Source of the DNA: a virus
Virus record (IMG/VR): IMGVR_UViG_3300035698_016830
Span: 29,237 to 93,236 of that record
Strand: one strand, 5' to 3'
Length of the DNA: 64,000 nucleotides
The notes under the pieces are model-generated. The model saw only the letters and a list, made by a program, of their open reading frames with translations. It was not told where the DNA came from and searched no databases. Positions 7,411-15,237 of the stretch are shown in pieces (positions within the stretch are counted from its first letter, which is position 1; the number at the start of each line of letters is the position of its first letter). Position numbers and translations under genes: made by a program.

Positions 7411-9516
7411 ATGAGTGATTTTCATACAAAATATAGGCCAAAGACATTTGAAGAAGTGGTAGGGCAAGACGAAACAGTAAAAGCTTTACAAACTGTTTTG
7501 GCTACCAAGTCTTGCAGATCTTTTATTTTTACAGGGCCTTCCGGTGTGGGCAAAACAACCCTGGCAAGAATTATTGGCAGAGAGGTAGGTTGTACTAGGC
7601 GGAACCTTATTGAGATTGATGCCGCTACTCATACGGGTATTGATGCGATGCGTTCTATCACTGATACGTTGCGGTATAAGGCAATAGGCAAAGCAGCTAG
7701 GGTAGTTATCATAGATGAGTGCTTTGCTAAAGGAACGCTTGTTAGTACGCCTTCAGGTGCTATTTGCATTGAAGATATAGCTATAGGTGATAGCGTTTTT
7801 AATATGGATGGCCCCGCTGAAGTTAAAAACACTTTTGTAAATAAAGTAGATTTAGGCAGGGTTGTAAAAGTGGTAGCGGATGATAATTGTCTTATCTGCT
7901 CAGAGGATCATGAGTTTTTTACTACTGAAGGTTGGGTAAAAGCAAAAAATCTTAAAAATCATTTGATTTTCACAAGCAATTTTAGTAATACTATGGGAAG
8001 CACTGTATTACTAAAGGAGCTAGAAAATGAAAAAGTTAAGGTTGCGACTGAAAAAGCGTTATGTGAAGTTACGTGTAAAACCACCAACATCAGCAAAGTA
8101 CAAGAAATGCGAGGATTGTGGGGAAGAGTTCTGGGCAGTGGTTTGGAATCGGAAGTACTGCAACAATTGCAATACTGTGGATATAACCTGCGAGGGATGT
8201 GGCGAGAGTTTTTCGAGACTTCGAAACGCTACGGAAATGAATTGTTCACGAGAGTGTGGGAATGCTACGGCAGGAGCGAAGAGACGAGGGCCTCATTCGG
8301 AGTCACACAAAAAAGCCGTCAAGGAAGGTCAGCAAAAGTCAAGGAGGGACAACCCGGAATTTTGGAAAAAGAAAGCCTACGAGAGCTCTCAAAGAATGAA
8401 GAAGAGCAACCCTGTACACATGCCTGGGGTATTAGAAAAAATAGAAGCTACGAAGAAAATAAATGGAACTTTACACATTTGGTCAGGAGAGCGTGGGGGC
8501 AATGGAAAGCTTACAAAAGAGCAAACGATTTTATCTGCTGCCCTGTGTTGGCCTATGGAAGTAATCATCAAGACGGGACACAATCAACAGGATGGGAGCG
8601 GGTTCCCTACCAATTACAAAGTGGACGTAGGAGAGGAGTCTTTGCGAATAGCTGTAGAGGTGGACGGGAGTGGGCACAGAGTGAAAAGGAATATCGCATT
8701 AGACAAGAAGAAGGAAGAGAAGTTGAAACAGTTAGGGTGGATAGTGTTGAGATTTACCAACGAGGAAATAATGACAAATCTTTTTTGGGTGTTATCGGTG
8801 ATAAAGAAAGAAATCAAGGCTTTGTAGAGTTTCATGATTTGGAGATAGACGGACATCCTTCTTACCACGCCAACAGCGTTCTTGTTCACAATTGCCACGC
8901 GCTTAGTAAGCAGGCATGGCAGTCCTTATTAAAACCAATTGAGGAGCCACCAGCTGATGTATATTGGTGTTTGTGTACTACGGAACCTGGGAAAGTTCCA
9001 GCAACTATTAAGACGCGATGCCAAGCTTATGAGTTGAAGGATGTGAAAGCAAAAGAAATTTACAAACTTCTGAAAATAGTAGCTAAGGAGGAAAAGTGTT
9101 CCTGTGATCAGGAAGCTTTAAAATTGATTGCTAAGAATTCAATGGGATCACCACGAATGGCCTTAACTACTTTGGCCAAGTGTGCGAGAACAAAAGATAT
9201 TGAAGAGGTCTCAGAACTTTTAAACACAGCGAAGAATGAAACGGAGTTTATTGGTTTCTTGCGTTGGGTATCTGGTGATAGGCATGAATGGGATGAGGCC
9301 AGAGAGTTTGTAAAACAAATGTCTGATAAAGCAGGAGAAGGAATCAGGCGTGTAGTAGTCAACTATCTTATGAAGTGTATTTTAGGCTGCAAGCAACCTG
9401 ATAGAGCCTGTAAATTGTTAGGGACCCTGAGCGCTTTTTCAACTGCTTATCCATCAGATAGTAAGTCAGAGCATCTACTACTTTCACTTGGGGAGTTGAT
9501 TTTTGAAACAGAGTGA
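7411..9516 (+). CDS. dnaX: DNA polymerase III gamma/tau-like clamp loader, intein-containing precursor (about 310 aa after splicing)
   Basis: KYRPKTFEEVVGQ, Walker A GPSGVGKT, IDAATHTGID. Walker B IIDE|CHAL is split by an intein. KPIEEPP and TIKTRC follow. Confidence 0.92.
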   Translation: MSDFHTKYRPKTFEEVVGQDETVKALQTVLATKSCRSFIFTGPSGVGKTTLARIIGREVGCTRRNLIEIDAATHTGIDAMRSITDTLRYKAIGKAARVVIIDECFAKGTLVSTPSGAICIEDIAIGDSVFNMDGPAEVKNTFVNKVDLGRVVKVVADDNCLICSEDHEFFTTEGWVKAKNLKNHLIFTSNFSNTMGSTVLLKELENEKVKVATEKALCEVTCKTTNISKVQEMRGLWGRVLGSGLESEVLQQLQYCGYNLRGMWREFFETSKRYGNELFTRVWECYGRSEETRASFGVTQKSRQGRSAKVKEGQPGILEKESLRELSKNEEEQPCTHAWGIRKNRSYEENKWNFTHLVRRAWGQWKAYKRANDFICCPVLAYGSNHQDGTQSTGWERVPYQLQSGRRRGVFANSCRGGREWAQSEKEYRIRQEEGREVETVRVDSVEIYQRGNNDKSFLGVIGDKERNQGFVEFHDLEIDGHPSYHANSVLVHNCHALSKQAWQSLLKPIEEPPADVYWCLCTTEPGKVPATIKTRCQAYELKDVKAKEIYKLLKIVAKEEKCSCDQEALKLIAKNSMGSPRMALTTLAKCARTKDIEEVSELLNTAKNETEFIGFLRWVSGDRHEWDEAREFVKQMSDKAGEGIRRVVVNYLMKCILGCKQPDRACKLLGTLSAFSTAYPSDSKSEHLLLSLGELIFETE
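7720..8892 (+). mobile_element. Intein (391 aa) in DnaX Walker B
   Basis: Begins CFAKGTLV, has block B CSEDHEFFT, ends FHDLEIDGHPSYHANSVLVHN, followed by Cys+1. Confidence 0.93.
8027..8827 (+). CDS. DUF559/Vsr-like PD-(D/E)XK endonuclease with N-terminal Zn-finger-like repeats, nested in the +1 frame inside the intein
   Basis: SD AAGGAG just upstream of the ATG; CEDCGEEF, CEGCGESF and CSREC; YKVDVG, IAVEVDGSGH and LKQLGWIVLRFTNEEI. Confidence 0.85.
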   Translation: MKKLRLRLKKRYVKLRVKPPTSAKYKKCEDCGEEFWAVVWNRKYCNNCNTVDITCEGCGESFSRLRNATEMNCSRECGNATAGAKRRGPHSESHKKAVKEGQQKSRRDNPEFWKKKAYESSQRMKKSNPVHMPGVLEKIEATKKINGTLHIWSGERGGNGKLTKEQTILSAALCWPMEVIIKTGHNQQDGSGFPTNYKVDVGEESLRIAVEVDGSGHRVKRNIALDKKKEEKLKQLGWIVLRFTNEEIMTNLFWVLSVIKKEIKAL

Positions 9517-9976
9517 GAAAACAGCGTTATATGAGGCTATGGTAGATCTTGACGGTATTGATATAGATACCGCTTTGATTCAGCAGCCTCAATGTTTTTA
9601 TGAAGTCTGTTCTTTATTGGCTGACGCTAAATTAGAAAAAAGGGATTGTGAAGTTTCCTTGAAAAGGTTAGAGGGTCAGATTGGTAAAAGGACAAGAAGT
9701 AAGTATGAATCTAGGGATAATTATGCAACTGATTCTTGCATAAATGGATTAGTTGATTCTGATGATAAGGTTAAAATTCTACGAAAAAAGTATAATAGGT
9801 TATGCGTAGAAGTAGATAAGTTAGATGGGCTAAAAGAAGCTTATAGGCAGCGTTCATTTTCTTTAAACGCTTTAGCAGGTCGCAATACAGAAACAGAATA
9901 TATGCCTGATAGTGTTTCTTCAAAACCACGTAAAAGAACTAAAGTAAAAAGAAATAAAATTTTAAGGAGTATTTGA
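9503..9976 (+). CDS. UvsY-like recombination mediator (helical)
   Basis: Coiled-coil pattern ending EAYRQRSFSLNAL; lies before SSB and RecA. Confidence 0.55.
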   Translation: MKQSEKTALYEAMVDLDGIDIDTALIQQPQCFYEVCSLLADAKLEKRDCEVSLKRLEGQIGKRTRSKYESRDNYATDSCINGLVDSDDKVKILRKKYNRLCVEVDKLDGLKEAYRQRSFSLNALAGRNTETEYMPDSVSSKPRKRTKVKRNKILRSI

Positions 9977-11007
9977 CAATGGCAAAGAAGAAGAGAAAGT
10001 TTACGTACAAGGCAAGATCGGCTGAATCTAACAAGAGGAGAGCTGACCAAAAAGGCAATAAGTTTGCAAGCATTTTTAAGGAGAACTTACAAACTTTTAG
10101 TACCCAGGATGATAATAGGATTAGAATCTTTCCTGCTGGTTGGGATGAGGCTGAGCATTATGGTATTGATATTTATGTTCATTACGGCATAGGCCCAGAT
10201 AATCAGCAATTCTTGTGTAGAAAAGAGATGGGTAAAGGATCTTGTCCTATATGCGAGGAGCGACAATCTAATTTAGCTTCTGATCCTGATTATGCCTTTA
10301 AATTGAAGGCAACGCATAGAGTGGCTATTTGGCTATTGGATAGAAATGATCGCAAGGCAGGGCCTAAGCTATGGGCTATGCCGTGGACTGTAGACAGAGA
10401 CGTATCACAACTGGCTCAGGATGAAGATAACGGTGAAGTGTTACCTATTGATCATCCTGATGATGGATACGATGTCCTGTTTTCTATGGAAGGCCCTAAA
10501 GGTGGCATGAAGAAGTATATCGGTTTGAAAATCAGCAGAAAGCCCTGCGCTATTTCAAAGAAGGAATCAAGGCAGGAAGAGTGGTTGGATTTCATTACGG
10601 AAAATCAGGTACTTGATTGTCTGAATTATTATAGTGAAGAACACATAACTGGTTGCTTCGGTGCTTCTATTCCTGATGATGATGAAGAAGAAGATCCAAG
10701 GGCTTCTCGCAGTAAACGAAAGTCTTCAAAGAAACCAAAAGATCGTGATGATGAAGATGAGCAAGGTGAAGATGAGCAAGATGAAGATGAGGAGGACGAA
10801 ATCCCTTTTGATGATGAAGATGAGGACGAAGAAGAAGAACGGTCTTCCCGTAAGAAGAGTAAAAATAAAGGCAAGAAAAAACGCACTAAGATTGATAAGA
10901 AGAAAAAGAAAAAACCTGATCCTGACGAAGAGGACGACGATGACGAGTATGATATGGACTATGAAGACGAAGACGAAGACGATGCTGATTTAGATGATTT
11001 GGATTAA
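9973..11007 (+). CDS. gp32-like single-stranded DNA-binding protein with long acidic/basic tail
   Basis: RIRIFP, HYGIG, CxKEMGKGSCPICE Zn site, GYDV; acidic C-terminus. Confidence 0.75.
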   Translation: MTMAKKKRKFTYKARSAESNKRRADQKGNKFASIFKENLQTFSTQDDNRIRIFPAGWDEAEHYGIDIYVHYGIGPDNQQFLCRKEMGKGSCPICEERQSNLASDPDYAFKLKATHRVAIWLLDRNDRKAGPKLWAMPWTVDRDVSQLAQDEDNGEVLPIDHPDDGYDVLFSMEGPKGGMKKYIGLKISRKPCAISKKESRQEEWLDFITENQVLDCLNYYSEEHITGCFGASIPDDDEEEDPRASRSKRKSSKKPKDRDDEDEQGEDEQDEDEEDEIPFDDEDEDEEEERSSRKKSKNKGKKKRTKIDKKKKKKPDPDEEDDDDEYDMDYEDEDEDDADLDDLD

Positions 11008-11010
11008 CTA

Positions 11011-12066
11011 ATGGCAAAGAAGAAAAAGGAAAAGAAGGTTCAAAAGATAGTGGTCAATGAGGAGCCACTATCTTTTATTAATTCAGGTTGTTCTCTTCTG
11101 AATTGTGTTATATCAGGTAAGGTTGATGGTGGCTATCCACAAGGTAGGGTAACTAATATTGTGGGTGATAAATCAACAGGTAAAACTTTACTTGCTATAG
11201 AGGCTTGCGCTAATTTTGCTGTTCAGCATCCTAAAGGTAAGATATTTTACAATGAGACAGAAGCAGCTTTTGATAAACCGTATGCAGCATCTTTGGGTAT
11301 GCCAATTGAAAGGATAACTTTTACTCCTCAGTGTTACACGGTAGAGGATTGGTATGATCATCTAGTGGAAGTCATAAAGTCTGAAGCGAACGAACCCATT
11401 CTTTATATTTTGGATAGTTTAGATGCTTTAAGTGATGAGGCAGAACTTGCCCGTGATATTACTGATGCAACTTATGGGCAGAATAAAGCTAAAAAGATGA
11501 GTGAGTTATTTAGACGTTTGAACCAACAAATGAGTGGGTCTAATATAGCTCTTATTATCGTATCACAAGTGAGAGCTAAGATAGGTGTTAAATTTGGTAG
11601 ACAAACAACAAGAGCAGGTGGGAAGGCCTTAGACTTTTTTGCCTCTTTAGTGATATTTTTAGCTCATATAAAGACACTTACAAAGACAAAGAAAAAGGTT
11701 GTTCGCCCTACTGGGGTCATCATAAAAGTTAAGTGTGACAAGAATAAGGTATCAATGCCTTTTAGAGAGTGTGAATTCCCTGTTATATTTAACTTTGGTG
11801 TTGATTCCGTTGCAGCTGCTCTTGAATGGGCTATAGCTAATAGGCAATACAAGTTTTTTGGGCTAAGTTCAGAAGTAAAAGCAAAAGAATATTTGAAAGA
11901 ATCATATTCATGGAGCACAGAAGAATATTTTAAAGAGTTGCATCATATCAACCAGGGTTTACAAAAAGCTTGGGACGAGATAGAAGAACGGTTCCGACCG
12001 ACTAGGAGTAAATACAGTGTCAAACAGCAACGCAAAAGGCGGAGCCTTCGAAAGAAGAGTGTGTAA
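11011..12066 (+). CDS. recA: RecA/UvsX recombinase
   Basis: GDKSTGKT, YNETEAAFD, ILDSLDAL, IIVSQVR and GGKALDFFAS. Confidence 0.92.
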   Translation: MAKKKKEKKVQKIVVNEEPLSFINSGCSLLNCVISGKVDGGYPQGRVTNIVGDKSTGKTLLAIEACANFAVQHPKGKIFYNETEAAFDKPYAASLGMPIERITFTPQCYTVEDWYDHLVEVIKSEANEPILYILDSLDALSDEAELARDITDATYGQNKAKKMSELFRRLNQQMSGSNIALIIVSQVRAKIGVKFGRQTTRAGGKALDFFASLVIFLAHIKTLTKTKKKVVRPTGVIIKVKCDKNKVSMPFRECEFPVIFNFGVDSVAAALEWAIANRQYKFFGLSSEVKAKEYLKESYSWSTEEYFKELHHINQGLQKAWDEIEERFRPTRSKYSVKQQRKRRSLRKKSV

Positions 12067-12583
12067 TAATCTATCTTTATGGGTATCAGATTTTACTCGT
12101 AAAGATATATTCTGGCGTTCTGCCATGTCTGGTGGTCGTGCCACTGTTCATAAAAAGAAGGGGATTTCTTTAAGGTCACAAGTGGGTGATGTATGTGCTA
12201 TACACCCTTTGGGACATTTCTTAACAAACAAATTCATGATAGAATGCAAGCATTACAAAAGTCTGGGTTGGGAGCCTGTTTTATATGGGTCTGAAAAGTT
12301 GGTTGCTGGGTTTTGGATAAAGGTGCAGCAAGAAGCAAAAACCTTTAAAAAGGCTCCTATGCTTATCGGTAAACAGAACAACAAGCGTGATATTGTGATA
12401 TTAAATAAGTTCGGAACTAAATTCTGTATGAATAATAAAATGGAGCCTATGTTTATCGTTCCAAGATTGGAAATGTACGTATATATATTCGCAGATCTTC
12501 TAGCGATTCCATTTGAAGAAATAAGGAACAGAAATGGTAAGAAGCGAAGTAGGAAAAGGAAAAAATTGCATATTAATAGATAA
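12017..12583 (+). CDS. Holliday junction resolvase-like PD-(D/E)XK nuclease
   Basis: KGGAFERRVC, GDV and IECKHY; GTG start overlapping the recA end. Confidence 0.7.
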   Translation: MSNSNAKGGAFERRVCNNLSLWVSDFTRKDIFWRSAMSGGRATVHKKKGISLRSQVGDVCAIHPLGHFLTNKFMIECKHYKSLGWEPVLYGSEKLVAGFWIKVQQEAKTFKKAPMLIGKQNNKRDIVILNKFGTKFCMNNKMEPMFIVPRLEMYVYIFADLLAIPFEEIRNRNGKKRSRKRKKLHINR

Positions 12584-12614
12584 AACAATGGGCCTTAGTT
12601 TATTGGAGATTTAA

Positions 12615-13418
12615 GTGAGACATTTAGATTTGTTCAGTGGCATTGGAGGCTTTGCTTTGGCAGCTTCATGGGCTTGGCCAGAGCATAAGATAATGTCTTT
12701 TTGTGAAAAAGATACTTTCTGTCAACAAGTATTAAAAAAACACTGGCCAGAAGTACCTATTGAATCAGATATTTTTAAATTAGATGGAAGTAAGTATGGA
12801 AAAGTTGATCTCCTTACAGGCGGTTTCCCCTGCCAACCGTTCAGTACGGCTGGGAAGCGGAGAGGCAAGAAAGATGACCGTCACCTCTGGCCAGAAATGT
12901 TTAGAGTTATTAAACAAGCAAAACCCACTTGGATTATTGGTGAAAATGTTGCTGGAATCATCAACATGGAGCTCGACCAAGTGTTTACTGATTTGGAAGT
13001 TGCGGGTTACGCCACACAATCGTTTATTATTCCAGCTTGCGCCGTTAGGGCTCCACATAAAAGAGAGAGGGTTTGGGTTTGTGTCAACTTTAGAGGCAAC
13101 CCAGATCATAAGCAACGGACCATTTTTAAAAACACGAACTTCATGGGGAAGGCAGGCCAAAACAACAAATTCAATTTTTGGGGCCAATTTAACAGAACAC
13201 ATGAATTTAGAACACAAAAAGGAGCCAATGCTTCCTTTGAATCCACGTTTTGCAGAAATGATAATGGGGTATCCGGTAGGTTGGACAGACTTAAATCCTT
13301 AGGAAATGCTATAGTTCCTCAAGTTGTTTATGAGATATTTAAGAGTATAAAACAGTTTGAGGAAAATAATCAACATAGTGGTGAACGTAAAAGGTTAATC
13401 ATAAAACCATTATTTTAA
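12615..13418 (+). CDS. C5-cytosine DNA methyltransferase, large (alpha) polypeptide
   Basis: LDLFSGIGG (motif I), GGFPCQPFS (IV), GENV (VI), HKRERVW (VIII), RLKSLGNAIVPQV (X); no motif IX in this frame. Confidence 0.92.
   Translation: MRHLDLFSGIGGFALAASWAWPEHKIMSFCEKDTFCQQVLKKHWPEVPIESDIFKLDGSKYGKVDLLTGGFPCQPFSTAGKRRGKKDDRHLWPEMFRVIKQAKPTWIIGENVAGIINMELDQVFTDLEVAGYATQSFIIPACAVRAPHKRERVWVCVNFRGNPDHKQRTIFKNTNFMGKAGQNNKFNFWGQFNRTHEFRTQKGANASFESTFCRNDNGVSGRLDRLKSLGNAIVPQVVYEIFKSIKQFEENNQHSGERKRLIIKPLF
12784..13302 (+). CDS. Probable small (beta) methyltransferase polypeptide in a nested +1 frame, carrying motif IX
   Basis: 172-codon ORF entirely inside the MTase gene, ending LNPRFAEMIMGYPVGWTDL. 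Alternative start ATG 12796 has GGAAG upstream. Confidence 0.7.
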   Translation: MEVSMEKLISLQAVSPANRSVRLGSGEARKMTVTSGQKCLELLNKQNPLGLLVKMLLESSTWSSTKCLLIWKLRVTPHNRLLFQLAPLGLHIKERGFGFVSTLEATQIISNGPFLKTRTSWGRQAKTTNSIFGANLTEHMNLEHKKEPMLPLNPRFAEMIMGYPVGWTDLNP

Positions 13419-13437
13419 TACTGAGGTAGAAGTAGAA

Positions 13438-14448
13438 ATGGTAAAAGGAAAAAGTTGCATACTAATAACAGGTGACTTACATTTAACAGATAGAAAAAAA
13501 GATGAGTATAGATGGGATATATTTCCTTGGATTACAAAGCAAGTATCTAGACGACCTATTAAGGAAGTATTCATTCTTGGTGATTTGACGCATCAGAAGG
13601 ATAATCATTCAGCTAATTTGGTACTCCGTTTAATAGAGAATTTGGAGAAGTTATCAGCTTTGGTTCCTATCAGGATTTTAAAAGGAAACCATGATTACGT
13701 TGAGCAATCTAAAGCTTTCTTTTCCTTCTTAGATTCATTTCCAAATATCAAATACTACACTAAACCAACCAAGTCTAAAGTAATAGGCAAGCCAGCTTAT
13801 TTTTACCCCAATGTTCCAAATATAGGGACCATTCAGCGTGATAAATTAAGAGCCCAAAAAGGTAGATATGAATATGTGTTTTTGCACCAATGCTTTTCTG
13901 GTTCACAGGCTGCTAATGGGCACGTATTAAAAGGAATTCGATATTCTAAACCGTTCTTTGAGCTGGGCAAGCAATTGATTGCTGGCGACATTCATAAGCC
14001 GCAGACTATAAAGAATTTGATTTATGTTGGCTCCCCTTATCCTGTTGCGTTCGGGGATGATTTTAAGCCACGAGTTTTGCTTTTATCAAATGATGGATTG
14101 AAGTCCATACCCAGAACAGCTCCATTAAAAAGTGTATTTGAAGTTGCTTCTGTAGAAGAATTGCAATCATTGAATTTGGTAGAAGGTGATCAAATACGTA
14201 TAGTTTATAAGACAGGTAGGGTAGATGGGGAATCTTGGTCAGAGTTCAAAAAAGATGTTGGAAGGTACTGTGATAAAATGGGAATAGATCTTAGAGGATT
14301 ACAAGTACAATCAGAAGAAGTTTCATCAGAAGATAGTTCTGTTTCTGTTTCTGGCAATGATCCAGAGGAGGTGTTAGCTGCTTATTGTGAGGAGAATAAA
14401 ATAACAGACCGTGAGAAAACAATTGGCCTTAGTTTATTGGAGGTCTAG
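13438..14448 (+). CDS. SbcD/Mre11-like nuclease
   Basis: GDLH, LGDL, GNHD, AGDIH and YVGSP metallophosphoesterase motifs. Confidence 0.88.
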   Translation: MVKGKSCILITGDLHLTDRKKDEYRWDIFPWITKQVSRRPIKEVFILGDLTHQKDNHSANLVLRLIENLEKLSALVPIRILKGNHDYVEQSKAFFSFLDSFPNIKYYTKPTKSKVIGKPAYFYPNVPNIGTIQRDKLRAQKGRYEYVFLHQCFSGSQAANGHVLKGIRYSKPFFELGKQLIAGDIHKPQTIKNLIYVGSPYPVAFGDDFKPRVLLLSNDGLKSIPRTAPLKSVFEVASVEELQSLNLVEGDQIRIVYKTGRVDGESWSEFKKDVGRYCDKMGIDLRGLQVQSEEVSSEDSSVSVSGNDPEEVLAAYCEENKITDREKTIGLSLLEV

Positions 14449-14452
14449 GAAA

Positions 14453-14632
14453 ATGGAGAACAAACCAGTAAGCAAGTTACCTATTAATATTGGTGAGTTT
14501 TGTGAGAAGTGTGGTAAGTTTGTTCCTGGTTTTGAGTATAAACGATGCTGTGATGGTCATGAATGTGGTTGTATGGGGCTTCCGATAGAACCTTGTTTAT
14601 GTGCTGGTTGCTGGGCTATTTATATGTCTTAA
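14453..14632 (+). CDS. Small Cys-rich hypothetical protein
   Basis: ORF with CEKC, CCDGHECGC and CLCAGC; ATG after GGAAA. Confidence 0.45.
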   Translation: MENKPVSKLPINIGEFCEKCGKFVPGFEYKRCCDGHECGCMGLPIEPCLCAGCWAIYMS

Positions 14633-14646
14633 GAAGAAAGATAAAA

Positions 14647-15237
14647 ATGAAATTAGTATACCAAACAGATTTTACTGAGACTACTGGTGATTGCGTACCA
14701 GCTTGTATAGCTACAGCATTCGGCATGAAGTTAGAAAACGTACCCCATGTTCTGAAGGATCATGGTAATGATTGGCTGGAGCATTTACAGAGTTGGATGT
14801 CTGCTGATCTAGGTTATATTCTAGCTTTCTTTGCCCCTAGAGCAGCCATGCATTACATGCCACACCTTAGAAATATACCATATTTCATTTTAGGTGAGGT
14901 AGGCGAATCAATGTATCATATGTGCATGGGATTGAATGGTCAGATTATTCATGATCCTAATTCTGGTGGATCTGGTATTAAAGAGGTGAAAGATTATGCA
15001 TTTCTTCTTCCTTGTGAATTAGCAGGTGCTGCCATTGAGGCTGTTTTTGACAAAGGTAGATATCTTAACAAAAAAGTGGATGGTATCTGTACGCAGGAGG
15101 ATTGCAGGATACTGACAAACAATAGAATATACGAGCATCATTTGCATGCTCAGAGAAGACATTTTCTTTGTGAAAAGTGTTTAGAGAAATTTGGATTATT
15201 AGACGGTGAGGTAGTGGCAGAAAAATGGCCAAGGTAA
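14647..15237 (+). CDS. Papain/C39-like peptidase-fold protein
   Basis: Q..TGDCVPACIAT, YHMC and IIHDP pattern (Cys-His-Asp); C-terminal CxxC. Confidence 0.45.
   Translation: MKLVYQTDFTETTGDCVPACIATAFGMKLENVPHVLKDHGNDWLEHLQSWMSADLGYILAFFAPRAAMHYMPHLRNIPYFILGEVGESMYHMCMGLNGQIIHDPNSGGSGIKEVKDYAFLLPCELAGAAIEAVFDKGRYLNKKVDGICTQEDCRILTNNRIYEHHLHAQRRHFLCEKCLEKFGLLDGEVVAEKWPR

Noticed and set aside
10629-10993. Overlapping ORFs in the SSB tail (poly-Ser on the minus strand, Met/Lys-rich on plus)
   Set aside because: Expected by-products of GAT/GAA/AAG-rich low-complexity coding; no RBS or motifs.
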